A DNA stretch of 64,000 nucleotides from Blautia sp. (GCA_022770365.1 JALEHU010000068.1:413-64412); one strand, 5' to 3'; counted from the first letter of the stretch, positions 1 through 10,417 are shown. Numbers and translations: made by a program. Notes: generated by a model not told the origin, from the sequence alone.

Positions 1-198
1 GATGATTTGAAATGGATAGAACCACAGCTGACATCATTTCATGATTCACTGGAGAAAGCAGATCCTTATAATGATTTGTATGATGATTTCAAAATGCCTG
101 TACAGCAACTAATAGTAAAGGAAAAGAAAATATATCCAAATGATCCCTGCCCATGTGGAAGCGGGAGAAAATATAAAAAGTGTTGTGGAAGGAAATAG
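1..198 (+). CDS. SEC-C metal-binding domain protein, C-terminal part (5' end outside window)
   Basis: Open frame from position 1 ending in [21 protein letters not shown], the SEC-C motif. Confidence 0.85.
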   Translation, partial: DDLKWIEPQLTSFHDSLEKADPYNDLYDDFKMPVQQLIVKEKKIYPNDPCPCGSGRKYKKCCGRK

Positions 199-212
199 CA
201 TTGGAGGATAAA

Positions 213-1940
213 ATGACTTTGCCAGAAGTAAAAGAACTTTCCAGAGAAGAGCTGCAGACTGTTATTTTGAAAATGCAGGAAATGTTATCAGAAGAGCAAA
301 AGAAAAGCCTGCAGGAAATAATAAAAGAATGTAAGAAAACGGATGTGGATGAGACGACACAACCTGAGCAGGCAAGAATGTCGCAGGAGCTTGTAGAAGA
401 AAAAATGAGACAAATCCAAAAATGGCAAGAACAGATTGATGAAGGTGAGATTTATCTTAATACGGAGGAATACGAAGACTATTCCAGCGGCTACTGGGAC
501 GCTGACTGGATTACAGAGTATTATGATAATCAGGGAGTCGGGGATAAACTTATGTATATGATCCGATTTGCTGAAGATTGTGTGGATGACATGCGGTATC
601 AGGAAGCAAATGAAATTTATGAATGGCTGTGGGAGATGTCGGTTTTTACAGATAATGAATTTGGTGATCCGGTAGACATTGAGGTGCTGGAAGATAATAA
701 TCTGATACATACAGATATGAAACGGCTGGCACTCCTGACATTATATGCAGATTATCAGGGATTACCGCCGGAAAAACGTGCGGAAGATATGTATCTGTAT
801 TTTTCTTTTAATACATTCTCTAAGATACATATGGAAGAGATATTTCACGTTGGGAAGGAGAAGCTGAAAGATACGGAAAGATTTTGGAAGGACTGGATTG
901 AACTGCTGAAAAGTAAAAATGGAGATATAGAAGCAAGGCTTCTGAAAGAGGCGGTTTTGTATTACAAAGGAATCGAAGGCTTGCTTGAAATGGCAGAAGA
1001 AAATGTTTCAATCCATCCGTCGTTGTATCTTGCTGTAATGGATGAATATGAGAAAGAACACTTTTATGAAAAGATAGAAGAAGTGGGAAAGGATGCTCTT
1101 GATAAAATTGATGCTAATCTTACTATTCGGGGTAAAATTGCCTTAAAAACGGCATATGTCTCATCGCACTTAATGCATGAAGAGGAAATGATGCAGTTTT
1201 GTTGGGAATGTTTTTGCTCTGATTCGACCGTGAAAAATTATCTTCGCCTGTTTGGAACAGAAGAAATGGCAAAAAGATATGGTATGCGGGGAAAAGAGGT
1301 TCTGATAAACAGAATAAAAGGCAATCAGGAGAACAATTGGAGAAATTCGGAGTTTCGTAGAAATATGATTGATGATTATATGTATAACAGTCTGAATTTT
1401 TATACAGGGGATTTTGAAAAGGTAAAAAATATATCAAAAAATCCAAAAGGTTCCTTGGGCTGGAGTTCCTCTTTTATTCGGAGTGGAATCAGACTTTTTC
1501 TGATTTATCTATATGAAAAACCGCTTCCTTCAAAGGCAGCTGCAAGTATTGCAGCTTATATAGGATTTCCTGATATAAAAGATGGAGAAAGCAGAATGTA
1601 TTTTGAAAATGAAATTTTGGAAGAATGCCATAAGCACAAAGTAAGTGAATTCTGGAATTATTTTCAGAGATGGAAAAGACATTTTCCTATGGGAGAAGAG
1701 GAGAGAAAAAAGTATCTGTCATGGGCAGAAAAGATCGTATACAGCAGAGCGGATGCGATTGTGTCCGGGCAGCACAGAAATCACTACGGAGAAGTTGCCG
1801 GGTTGCTGGCAATCGTAGGAGAAATAAAAGAGAGTATGGGAGTGAACGGAGCAGGAAGGGAAATTTTTGTACAGTATAAGAAAAAGTATCCGAGACATTC
1901 GTCTTTTCAAAAAGAAATGAAATATTATTTCAATATGTGA
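213..1940 (+). CDS. Conserved hypothetical protein (~575 aa, helical, AT-rich)
   Basis: Long ORF; GGAGGA RBS before ATG 213; C-terminal HRNHY...YPRHSSFQKE; no family recognised. Confidence 0.75.
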   Translation: MTLPEVKELSREELQTVILKMQEMLSEEQKKSLQEIIKECKKTDVDETTQPEQARMSQELVEEKMRQIQKWQEQIDEGEIYLNTEEYEDYSSGYWDADWITEYYDNQGVGDKLMYMIRFAEDCVDDMRYQEANEIYEWLWEMSVFTDNEFGDPVDIEVLEDNNLIHTDMKRLALLTLYADYQGLPPEKRAEDMYLYFSFNTFSKIHMEEIFHVGKEKLKDTERFWKDWIELLKSKNGDIEARLLKEAVLYYKGIEGLLEMAEENVSIHPSLYLAVMDEYEKEHFYEKIEEVGKDALDKIDANLTIRGKIALKTAYVSSHLMHEEEMMQFCWECFCSDSTVKNYLRLFGTEEMAKRYGMRGKEVLINRIKGNQENNWRNSEFRRNMIDDYMYNSLNFYTGDFEKVKNISKNPKGSLGWSSSFIRSGIRLFLIYLYEKPLPSKAAASIAAYIGFPDIKDGESRMYFENEILEECHKHKVSEFWNYFQRWKRHFPMGEEERKKYLSWAEKIVYSRADAIVSGQHRNHYGEVAGLLAIVGEIKESMGVNGAGREIFVQYKKKYPRHSSFQKEMKYYFNM

Positions 1941-2315
1941 AAATAGTAATAAGCATTGTGACACTGACATTACATCCTCTCATCCATCTTGTAACAACAA
2001 TATAACATCCTCTATACATAAACATGCGGTTTTAAGCCTTTTTCATGGCAAAAAAGCCGCATATTTTTTGTAGCAATGACTTGACATCCGCGGGGGTGTT
2101 GTGCGTGAGGGATAGTTTGACGAATTGATGTTTTATATAATTTTGATGAATACATGTTTGTGTAATGAAATGAATGTGTCGATTAACCACTGGTTAATAG
2201 ACTGCCCACCTTTCGTTCTGGTAATATAAGGATAAAGATTCCTGAATCAGGAGAGAACTGATGATGTCACTGATCGGGAATCATAGCCGGAAGCGCAAAA
2301 AGAAAGGAGTATATT

Positions 2316-3038
2316 ATGAGAAAGAAGAGACTGTTTGCATTATGTATTGCATGTCTGCTGGGATGCCAGACGGTGTCTGCTGCGGCAGAAAGCCAGATTG
2401 ATTTGGGAGAGGAAGAACTTATACAGAAACTGAATGAAAGTGATGTTCTGGATTGTTTGTTTATTGGGGAGAGTTTCTGGGAGGATGAGGAAGAATTCGG
2501 AGATATCAGAGAGGATGCTTCCGAACTGATACTGGAATTTTTGGAAAATCAGGGAATTGACACGGGGGAAATGACATCGGAAGAGCTGATCGAGATGATT
2601 GATTACGCTTACGAAGTCGGGTACTCATCAGATATTCTGAGTCTTTCTCTGGATATGCTGGGAGAGGATTCGCAAAGTTATCGGGATGCGGTGCAGAAGG
2701 AATTCCACCGGAAGGCGACGGACAGCCAGGAAGAGGATTATCTTCTGCTGGATACAGGGCGTTTCCCGGAGGCAGCGATGATGTATAAGAATGACTGGTA
2801 CGGAGATCGAACCGATGATGAGAGGATAGAACTGGCGGATTCCATTCTGGAGGTTCTGGCGAGCGCGGAAGTGGAAACAGACGGATATGACGGAAACACA
2901 CTGGCTCAGGCTCTGAACGACCTGTATGATCAGGATGCCGGAGACAGTGTACTTTATCTGGCTTTTGATATTCTGGAAGAACAGGAGCTTTATATCTCGG
3001 TAGTAGAAAGCATTCTTTTCTGTTTTGAAGAAGCTTAA
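2316..3038 (+). CDS. Secreted, highly acidic hypothetical protein with an internal duplication
   Basis: AAAGGAG RBS; signal peptide MRKKRLFALCIACLLG...VSA; very D/E-rich. Confidence 0.75.
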   Translation: MRKKRLFALCIACLLGCQTVSAAAESQIDLGEEELIQKLNESDVLDCLFIGESFWEDEEEFGDIREDASELILEFLENQGIDTGEMTSEELIEMIDYAYEVGYSSDILSLSLDMLGEDSQSYRDAVQKEFHRKATDSQEEDYLLLDTGRFPEAAMMYKNDWYGDRTDDERIELADSILEVLASAEVETDGYDGNTLAQALNDLYDQDAGDSVLYLAFDILEEQELYISVVESILFCFEEA

Positions 3039-3103
3039 TGAACACAGGATTTTACGGAAGAATACTTTGACGACGTACGAGCGTACCCGTCGTGCCATAT
3101 CAG

Positions 3104-3137
3104 CAATAGACCGCCTGCGTAAGCAGGCGGTCTATTG
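3104..3137. terminator. Hairpin between convergent genes, probable terminator
   Basis: Perfect 15-bp stem CAATAGACCGCCTGC-gtaa-GCAGGCGGTCTATTG followed by TTT. Confidence 0.7.
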
Positions 3138-3190
3138 TTTATATGCGGGTCTTCCTTTTCATTTTATTGCATGGCTAAACTGTAACCATA

Positions 3191-4801
3191 TTAAGAAGCG
3201 GATACCACTTTCAGTTTAACATTAACGAGAGGGTCAAAGTAGCCGAACTTGCTGGTAAAGGTTTTTGATTTGCCCTTGGGAATGGAAGTATTGATGGTGA
3301 TATATCCACTGACTTCATCGTTTAAGGTACCCCTGTAAAAAATCTTCAGCTTTGTCAGATTTTTGGAGGAGTTGTTTGTTATAGTATAATCGAGGCAAGC
3401 TTTGCCATCCTTCCAGTAGGAGCGCTTCAGTTTGATCTTCACGTCCGACAGGGAGAATTTCTTCGTCTGAGGCTGAGTGATTTTAACTGTAATAGTCTTT
3501 TTTGTGCCGTTGTTGAAGGTAACGACCACTTTGTCTGAGACGGAGGTGCCGGAAAAGCTCTTGTTTGCGGTCAGCGTCACGGATCTGGCATTGGAGGAAA
3601 GCTTCAAAGACAGAAGACCGTTGATGCTGGTTGCTTTTTTGATATAGATGCCACTTGAACTTTCGTTCGCGGAAAGAGTGCGGCTTTCTCCTTTTTTCAG
3701 GGTTGCAGAGGACGCAATAACAATTTTGGGTTTGGAAACCTTGACGTTTATCGAAAATTTAGTCTTTCCGCAGGTAAAGGTGAGGACAGCGGAACCGGTT
3801 TTTTTGCCGCAGACAATGGGCTTATTACCGCTTAGCCGCACGCTTGCGACACCGCTGTTGGAAGACTTCACCGTGTATTTGGGAGTTCCGAAAAGCAGGA
3901 CTGCTCCTTTGGTCGTTAGATTCATCTCTGTTCCAAGATAACAGGTAATGCTGCTTTGTTTACGACTGATGGTGGATGACTTTACGGTTACCTTGAAAGA
4001 AGCGGATCTTCCATAAGCATTGGTCACCGTGATCGTGCATGTGCCGGTCTTTTTCAGCGTTACTTTCCCGGTGGAAGAAGAGACAGATGCTACGGCGGTA
4101 TTGCTGGATTTCACCTTTACAATTTTATAATTACCCTGTTGATTGGCAACTATATCGGTGAGATAATAGATATTATTAACATAGCCGGAAACACTCGTTT
4201 TTTTCAGTTTCACACTGATTGAGGAACCGGATTCCAGGGAAACCGATACGGCTACCTTGAATTGGACGGAATATTGTACGCTGTCAATACTGAGATATTC
4301 ACCATATTTTGCAAAGACCGCCTGGATGTCGTATGAGTCCGGAAGATCGACCGTAAATTCAAGGTTATTCAGCTTGTTTGCTGTGACGGAGGAGAAGGTC
4401 TGTGAGAAGGAACTTACCAGTCCGTCATTGTTATATACGGGTTTGAGATATTCATAGTTATTGAAATAAATGATTTCCATTTTTTCATTGATCAGATTCA
4501 GCATCAGGGGTTCTGTGGCAAGATCCACCCTTTCAGAGCCAGAACTAATCCATACACTCTTATAGACAGGGATAATGGTGACTGCAACTTTGTATTTGTT
4601 ATTATCCTTTGTCAAGTCATAGTTTAACCCCAGATTTTTAGTAATTGTCACATCGTTGAATTCACTCACGTTTTGGAGCGGAGTGGTAAAGGAAACTTTT
4701 TTCAGCGTTTCACCGGCGCTGACATCCAGTCTGCCGATGCTGAAAAGCATCAGAGCGCAGAAAAACATCAAAAACAAAAATGATAATGGTTTCTTTTTCA
4801 T
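3191..4801 (-). CDS. Secreted Lys/Ser/Thr-rich protein with bacterial Ig-like (Big_2) domains
   Basis: Signal peptide; repeated Big_2 signatures KSSNTAVASVSSSTGKVTLKKTGTCTITVT and KSSNSGVASV...GKKTGSAVLT; AGGAGG RBS. Confidence 0.8.
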   Translation of the reverse strand: MKKKPLSFLFLMFFCALMLFSIGRLDVSAGETLKKVSFTTPLQNVSEFNDVTITKNLGLNYDLTKDNNKYKVAVTIIPVYKSVWISSGSERVDLATEPLMLNLINEKMEIIYFNNYEYLKPVYNNDGLVSSFSQTFSSVTANKLNNLEFTVDLPDSYDIQAVFAKYGEYLSIDSVQYSVQFKVAVSVSLESGSSISVKLKKTSVSGYVNNIYYLTDIVANQQGNYKIVKVKSSNTAVASVSSSTGKVTLKKTGTCTITVTNAYGRSASFKVTVKSSTISRKQSSITCYLGTEMNLTTKGAVLLFGTPKYTVKSSNSGVASVRLSGNKPIVCGKKTGSAVLTFTCGKTKFSINVKVSKPKIVIASSATLKKGESRTLSANESSSGIYIKKATSINGLLSLKLSSNARSVTLTANKSFSGTSVSDKVVVTFNNGTKKTITVKITQPQTKKFSLSDVKIKLKRSYWKDGKACLDYTITNNSSKNLTKLKIFYRGTLNDEVSGYITINTSIPKGKSKTFTSKFGYFDPLVNVKLKVVSAS

Positions 4802-5126
4802 AGAAACTCCTCCTTTCTTTATCTAACATCATCGTAACAGAGGAAAGGAAGAGAGGCTATTAACCTAAGGTTAGGACTGATCTGTTTTGCAGACAGAACT
4901 GCTTCCGGACATCAGGGGTGATGCAAGGCTCCGGAAATAATCGGTTGCTCTTGGTTGAAAGCAACTCTCGGATAAAACAATACAAAACAATAAAACAAGA
5001 ATCTGTAATATGTACAAAAAACGGTAATTAAAGGCACATAAATCCCGTTTTTTGGTTAAAAACACCAAAAAAACTGTGAATAATTCGTGAACATGTGACG
5101 AATCAATAAAGAATACGACAAAACAA

Positions 5127-5155
5127 TTGACAATTTATATATATATATATATAAT
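5127..5155 (+). promoter_or_regulatory. Consensus SigA promoter of the ABC operon, with a (TA)9 tract in the spacer
   Basis: TTGACA 5127-5132, 17 bp, TATAAT 5150-5155; TA dinucleotide repeat 5136-5153. Confidence 0.8.
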
Positions 5156-5260
5156 GTATATAAGTTTAAGCGAACCGTTCATGGCGAAAATATATAAGAT
5201 TTAAGACCGGGAACCTTCGCAGAATCGTAACTTATAAAATACTTAAAAGGAGGAAGAAGT

Positions 5261-6934
5261 ATGAGGAAAAAAGGATTCAAAAGAATCATGGCACTGGTAA
5301 TGGCGTCAGCAATGGTAGTCGGCAGCGCAGTTCCGGCACTTGCCAAGAAGAAAGAGGAAGTGAAGCTCACAGAAGCAGGCTATCCTATTTCAGAGGATGG
5401 ACTTACATTAACCTGTTTCATGATGTCAATGCCGAACGTAGAGAATCTGGCAACAAATGATTTCACCAAGTATATGGAAGAGTTGACAGGTATAACAGTT
5501 GAGTTTGTTACTGCGGGACGTGATGACTTCACAGAGAAGCTTAACATGATGCTCGCTTCCGGCGAGTATCCGGATATGATCATGGGATCACCGGATCTTG
5601 CTAAATTCGGAGTTAAAGAACAGATCATTGTTCCGTTAGATGAGTACATCAACGAAGATATTATGCCGAACTATATGGCACGCTATGGCGACATACTTGA
5701 TTTAAGCCGTGAAACAGACGGACAGATCTACTCACTGATCGGTGAGAATGACTGCTACCACTGCTCTTATGGACGTAAAATGTGGATCAACACTAAATAT
5801 CTTGAAGAAATGGGTCTGGAGAAACCAACCACAACTCAGGAATTCTATGATATGTGTGTGAAATTTAAAGAGTATAAACCGGATGGTATTGCACTTGCAG
5901 GCTCCGCTCCCGGACAGGGCTGGTATTCAGAGTTTGAAAACTGGTTAATGGGTTCCTTCATCCTTCCTCCATCAACATCTTATACACTGAGTGTTCGTGA
6001 TAAGACTGCTGTTACCTGGGACGGCGAAGTGAAATGTGTGGCAACGGATGACCGTTACAGAGAATTCCTGAAATATGCGAACTCCCTGTATGAAGCCGGC
6101 GCTCTTTACGACGGTAACTTCACACAGACAGAAGAGCAGATGAAAGCGATCATCAACCAGCCGGATGCACCGGTTCTCTGCTTTGCAACAGGAACGATCT
6201 CCAATGATATTGATGCAACTTCCAATCCGGAACTTTACGCTCAGTATGAGACACTTGCTCCGCTTGAAGGACCTGACGGAACAAGACTTGCAACATTCTT
6301 CAGATGGATGTCTATTTCCGACGGTGACTTCTGTATCACAGATACATGTAAGAGCCCGGAAGCAGCACTTCGCTGGGTTGACTTCTTCTATGGTGAGAAG
6401 GGTGACTTGATGTCTCAGTACGGCGCAGAAGAAGGCGTTGACTGGGTATGGGCACCGGAAGGTGAATTCGGCCTTAATGGTGAACCTGCAATGTACAAGA
6501 TTTTGAATCCATATTCTGGTGAAACTCAGAACCATGACTGGCAGGATCTTGGTATTCGTGTAGCTCCGGCTGATTACAGATTAGGACAGGCTACTGCTCA
6601 GGACGTTGATATTAAGAGTCCGGAAGGCCTTGAGAAATTATTATACGAGGCAAGTGCAGAGAATTATGAACCATACGGACAGACAGAAGAAAACTCTGAT
6701 CTTGATGTACTTCCTCAGCTTAAATTTACAAGCGAAGAGACAACGAACGTTTCTACAATCGCAGTAGAAGTTGAGAAAATGATCGATGAAAACTCTACAG
6801 CATTCATTATCGGTGCAAGAGATATCGAAGATGATAAAGAATGGGATTCCTTCAAATCCTCTCTCGAAAGTGCAGGTCTTGCTGACTTACTTGCGACATA
6901 TCAGACCGCATATGACAGACAGATGAAAAAGTGA
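5261..6934 (+). CDS. Carbohydrate ABC transporter substrate-binding protein (LplA-like)
   Basis: Signal peptide; EKLNMMLASGEYPD, WINTKYLEEMGLEKPTT, PEAALRWVDF; followed by two permeases. Confidence 0.9.
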   Translation: MRKKGFKRIMALVMASAMVVGSAVPALAKKKEEVKLTEAGYPISEDGLTLTCFMMSMPNVENLATNDFTKYMEELTGITVEFVTAGRDDFTEKLNMMLASGEYPDMIMGSPDLAKFGVKEQIIVPLDEYINEDIMPNYMARYGDILDLSRETDGQIYSLIGENDCYHCSYGRKMWINTKYLEEMGLEKPTTTQEFYDMCVKFKEYKPDGIALAGSAPGQGWYSEFENWLMGSFILPPSTSYTLSVRDKTAVTWDGEVKCVATDDRYREFLKYANSLYEAGALYDGNFTQTEEQMKAIINQPDAPVLCFATGTISNDIDATSNPELYAQYETLAPLEGPDGTRLATFFRWMSISDGDFCITDTCKSPEAALRWVDFFYGEKGDLMSQYGAEEGVDWVWAPEGEFGLNGEPAMYKILNPYSGETQNHDWQDLGIRVAPADYRLGQATAQDVDIKSPEGLEKLLYEASAENYEPYGQTEENSDLDVLPQLKFTSEETTNVSTIAVEVEKMIDENSTAFIIGARDIEDDKEWDSFKSSLESAGLADLLATYQTAYDRQMKK

Positions 6935-6953
6935 TTCTTTTTAGGAGATCATG

Positions 6954-6984
6954 AGTGACCGGGCCTGTGGTCCGGTCACTTTTC
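6954..6984 (+). terminator. Stem-loop after the binding-protein gene (partial terminator or mRNA stabiliser)
   Basis: AGTGACCGG-N9-CCGGTCACT followed by TTT. Confidence 0.65.
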
Positions 6985-7038
6985 TCTTAATAGCGGATAT
7001 ATCCGCTTTGTTCTTAGTTCTGAAAAGGAGGGTTAAAA

Positions 7039-7965
7039 GTGGGAAAAAATAAAGTGACGAAAGCTAAAAAGAATAAAATTAAATCATCGAACTGGCAGTT
7101 CTGGCTGATTATTGCCCTGCCGTGTATTTATGCGATCATTTTTGCGTATGTTCCTATGGCCGGTATTCTGATGGCATTTGAGGATTACAGTCCCAGGCGC
7201 GGATTCTTTGGAAGTGAATGGGTAGGTATGAAACATTTCGTGCGTTTCCTTACCTCAACTTCCAGTGTGCAGGTTATTAAGAATACTCTGATCCTTGGTG
7301 TTTATAATCTGGTAGTATCGTTCCCGATCCCGATTATTCTGGCAGTTGCTATCAATGAGATTCAGGCGAAATTCTTCAAGAAAACCGTACAGATGGTTAC
7401 TTATGCACCGTACTTTATTTCTATCGTAGTACTCGTTGGTATGCTGTTCTCAATGACAGACCTTCGTACAGGTATCTTCAATATTCTTTTGGGAAAAATC
7501 GGCATTGGACCGATCAACTTCACAGGTGATGCAGGGATGTTCCGGCACCTGTATGTATGGAGCGGCGTCTGGCAGACGACCGGATATTCGGCGATCATTT
7601 ATATTGCCGCTCTTGCCGGTGTGAGTCCGGAACTTAAGGAAGCGGCAGTTATGGACGGTGCAAGCCGTTTTCAGAGAATCATACATGTGGATATTCCATG
7701 TATCCTGCCGACAATTGTAATCATGCTGATCATGAGCTGCGGCAGTATCATCAACATTGGTTTCGATAAAGTATATCTTCTTCAGAATCCGATGAATGCA
7801 AGTGTATCCGAGGTTATTTCAACCTTCGTATACAAAGTCGGTATTACCAATGCAGACTATGGATTCTCAACAGCGGCCGGTCTTTTCCAGTCCGTTGTAA
7901 GCTTTGTGCTTCTGGTTACTGTCAACCAGATCAGTAAAAAGGTTACAGACAACAGCTTGTGGTAA
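7039..7965 (+). CDS. Carbohydrate ABC transporter permease (LplB-like)
   Basis: EAA loop ELKEAAVMDGASRFQ; SEWVGMKHF; multiple TM segments; GTG start with AGGAGG. Confidence 0.92.
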   Translation: MGKNKVTKAKKNKIKSSNWQFWLIIALPCIYAIIFAYVPMAGILMAFEDYSPRRGFFGSEWVGMKHFVRFLTSTSSVQVIKNTLILGVYNLVVSFPIPIILAVAINEIQAKFFKKTVQMVTYAPYFISIVVLVGMLFSMTDLRTGIFNILLGKIGIGPINFTGDAGMFRHLYVWSGVWQTTGYSAIIYIAALAGVSPELKEAAVMDGASRFQRIIHVDIPCILPTIVIMLIMSCGSIINIGFDKVYLLQNPMNASVSEVISTFVYKVGITNADYGFSTAAGLFQSVVSFVLLVTVNQISKKVTDNSLW

Positions 7966-7977
7966 GGAGGCAGACAA

Positions 7978-8874
7978 ATGAATACAAAATTTAAAAATTC
8001 GAGTACAGGGGATAAAGTGTTTATCGTTCTCGTATATGCATTCCTGTCGATCATCCTTGTTATCGTGTTGTATCCACTGATTTACGTTGTGTCTGCATCT
8101 TTCTCAGATCCGCAGGCGGTTATCAGCGGCAAGGTTGTTCTGTGGCCGGTGGATGTGACGCTCAGAGGTTATCAGGCAGTATTTAAAAATCCTAAGATCA
8201 TTACAGGTTTTTTGAATTCTTTCTTTTATATGTTTGCAGGTACTGCAATCAATCTGGTCATGACAATGCTCTGTGCATATCCTCTTTCCCGTAAAGAGTT
8301 TACAGCCAGAAATAAAGTCGCGGCAATGTTCGTATTTACCATGTATTTTTCCGGTGGTCTTGTACCGAGTTACATGGTTGTCAGCAAACTTGGCCTTATC
8401 AACACACGCTGGGCTATGCTGATTCCGTCAGCGATGTCTACTTATAACATGATCATTGCCCGTACTTATATGGTAAACTCCATTCCGGATGAGCTTTATG
8501 AAGCAGCACAGCTTGACGGTTGTTCACCATTTAAATACCTGCTGAAGGTTATTACTCCGCTTAGCAAACCGATTATTGCGGTTCTGGCTCTTTATTATGG
8601 TATTGCGAAATGGAACAGTTATTTCGATGCAATGCTTTACTTAAATGATTCCAGTCAGTGGCCGCTGACAATGGTTCTGCGTGAAATTTTGATTCAGAAT
8701 CAGATCGACCCGACCATGCTGACAGATGCTTCCGCAATTGCGAAGCTCCAGGGTATGACTGAGCTCTTGAAATATTCCGTTATCGTAGTAGCATCCGTAC
8801 CGGTACTTGCGATTTACCCGTTTGTACAGAAATATTTCGTAAAAGGTGTAACGATCGGCGCGGTCAAAGGCTGA
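7978..8874 (+). CDS. Carbohydrate ABC transporter permease (LplC-like)
   Basis: ELYEAAQLDG; YPFVQKYFVKGVTIGAVKG C-terminus. Confidence 0.92.
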   Translation: MNTKFKNSSTGDKVFIVLVYAFLSIILVIVLYPLIYVVSASFSDPQAVISGKVVLWPVDVTLRGYQAVFKNPKIITGFLNSFFYMFAGTAINLVMTMLCAYPLSRKEFTARNKVAAMFVFTMYFSGGLVPSYMVVSKLGLINTRWAMLIPSAMSTYNMIIARTYMVNSIPDELYEAAQLDGCSPFKYLLKVITPLSKPIIAVLALYYGIAKWNSYFDAMLYLNDSSQWPLTMVLREILIQNQIDPTMLTDASAIAKLQGMTELLKYSVIVVASVPVLAIYPFVQKYFVKGVTIGAVKG

Positions 8875-8882
8875 TAATGTTG

Positions 8883-8952
8883 AGGACAGAATACTGACAA
8901 ACGTTAATCGACTCTTTTACCGGAGCCGGCATAGTCGGTGTTCTGTCCTTTT
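8883..8952 (+). terminator. Long-loop hairpin with T-tract after the permeases
   Basis: AGGACAGAATACTGAC ... GTCGGTGTTCTGTCCT TTT, an inverted repeat with G-U pairs. Confidence 0.5.
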
Positions 8953-9055
8953 GTCTTCCTCTCGGTCAAGTATCGGACTGAGAGGAAGTAAGAATGCAGG
9001 AGCATTCATGAATCAGGCTGAAGTGGAATCGGATCAGACGGAAAGGAACGAGGAC

Positions 9056-10417
9056 TTGAAGAAAAGAATTCTGGCAGTGATTTTGGCTGGTGCGCTTTTT
9101 ACAGGGATTTCCATTGGGAGTTATCCGGTGTATGCGAAAGCGCCGCAGCTTACTTTTAACTATGGGGCAGCAACAGATGAAGAATATATTGTTCTAAAAG
9201 AACTTCTTGCAGATTACACGGAACTGACAGGCATTGCCGTAGAAACTGTTTCCCGGGAAGCGGATGTTTCTGTGGGAAGCTTTTCCGAAATGGAGAAAAC
9301 ATATAAAAAAGGACAGCTCTGCAATCTGTATCCTTATATGGAAAAAGAAAGTCCGTACAGTGATTCTGCAGCCTGGGGAGAGGAGCTTCCGGATGAGATC
9401 AGAGACAGGCTTCAGGTTTATAAAAGGGAAATTCCGGGGTATCCCGCTGCGAGAACAGTAGCGCGGATATTCTGCAATGAGGAACTCTTTGAAAAAGCCG
9501 GTGTGGAATTACCGGGTACCTGGTCAGAATTTATGGAAGTCTGCGAGAAATTTAAGGAGCAGGGGCTCTCCCCCTTTGCTTTCCCGGAAAGTGATGCCGA
9601 AGATTCGGCATGGCAGTGGCTGATGAAGTCTCTTTGTAATCAGATGGACAGCAATCTGGCCGACTTGCTGGATGAGACAGAGGATCGCTATGTGGAGCTT
9701 GCAGAAGCCTGTAAAGGCGTGGACAAGGGTATGCTCGACTTCACACAACCGCAGATACAGGCAGCTTTGGGGTGTATGAAAGAATTTTACAACAGCTGTT
9801 TACAACGTGAGAAAAAATTAAACACGGAAGAATCGCTGGAGATTTTTGCCGGGGGAAATGCAGCAATGGTCCTGGCTGTGAATGAAGATATGGAAAGGCT
9901 GGAAGGAGACTTTTCCTGGCGGGCAGTTCCGATTCCCGTAGTGACGGAAGATACCAGTGTATATGCGGCCGGGACGAATGTTCTGGCAGGCGGGGAGGCG
10001 ATCCGGTTCTATGGTGTGAATGCCTCTCTTATCGGAAACGAAGAGATGCTGAATGCAGCTGTGGACTTTATCCGGTATATGACTTCTGTGGAAGCGCAGG
10101 AGAAAATGGCTGCGGAGGCAGGACTTCTCCCTTCAGCGAAGAATGCAAAGCTTCCGGAAAAAATGCAGGATTTTCAGGTCGCGGAAGAACCTTTGCGGAT
10201 GCCTTATTTCACAGGGCTCGATGAGCAGAACCGAAATGAGATATGGGAATGTATCGGAGAATATCTGACAGGAAAAACAGAGCTTGCCGCTCTGACAGAA
10301 AAGCTGAATCAATCCTGTCAGACGGCGGCACAGAGAATACGCGAAGAAAACGGATGGACTCTGGTCAATAATTACGGCATGCCCACCACTGGCGAATGTA
10401 CCAAATGTGAACCGTAA
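9056..10417 (+). CDS. Second extracellular solute-binding protein (sugar-binding family 1)
   Basis: Likely TTG start at 9056 with signal peptide; IFCNEELFEKAGVELPGTWSEF; AAVDFIRYMTSVEAQ; C-terminal CTKC. Confidence 0.8.
   Translation: MKKRILAVILAGALFTGISIGSYPVYAKAPQLTFNYGAATDEEYIVLKELLADYTELTGIAVETVSREADVSVGSFSEMEKTYKKGQLCNLYPYMEKESPYSDSAAWGEELPDEIRDRLQVYKREIPGYPAARTVARIFCNEELFEKAGVELPGTWSEFMEVCEKFKEQGLSPFAFPESDAEDSAWQWLMKSLCNQMDSNLADLLDETEDRYVELAEACKGVDKGMLDFTQPQIQAALGCMKEFYNSCLQREKKLNTEESLEIFAGGNAAMVLAVNEDMERLEGDFSWRAVPIPVVTEDTSVYAAGTNVLAGGEAIRFYGVNASLIGNEEMLNAAVDFIRYMTSVEAQEKMAAEAGLLPSAKNAKLPEKMQDFQVAEEPLRMPYFTGLDEQNRNEIWECIGEYLTGKTELAALTEKLNQSCQTAAQRIREENGWTLVNNYGMPTTGECTKCEP

Noticed and set aside
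4861-4980. Possibly structured leader upstream of the Ig-like gene
   Set aside because: Only short hairpins, with no match to a riboswitch consensus I recognise; an Rfam search would be needed
5168-5183. Possible LacI-type operator (GCGAACCGTTCAT) downstream of the ABC promoter
   Set aside because: A single imperfect palindrome with no regulator in the window; too weak to call
6992-7007. Perfect 16-bp palindrome AGCGGATATATCCGCT
   Set aside because: Single occurrence inside the operon; cannot distinguish an operator, an RNA hairpin or chance
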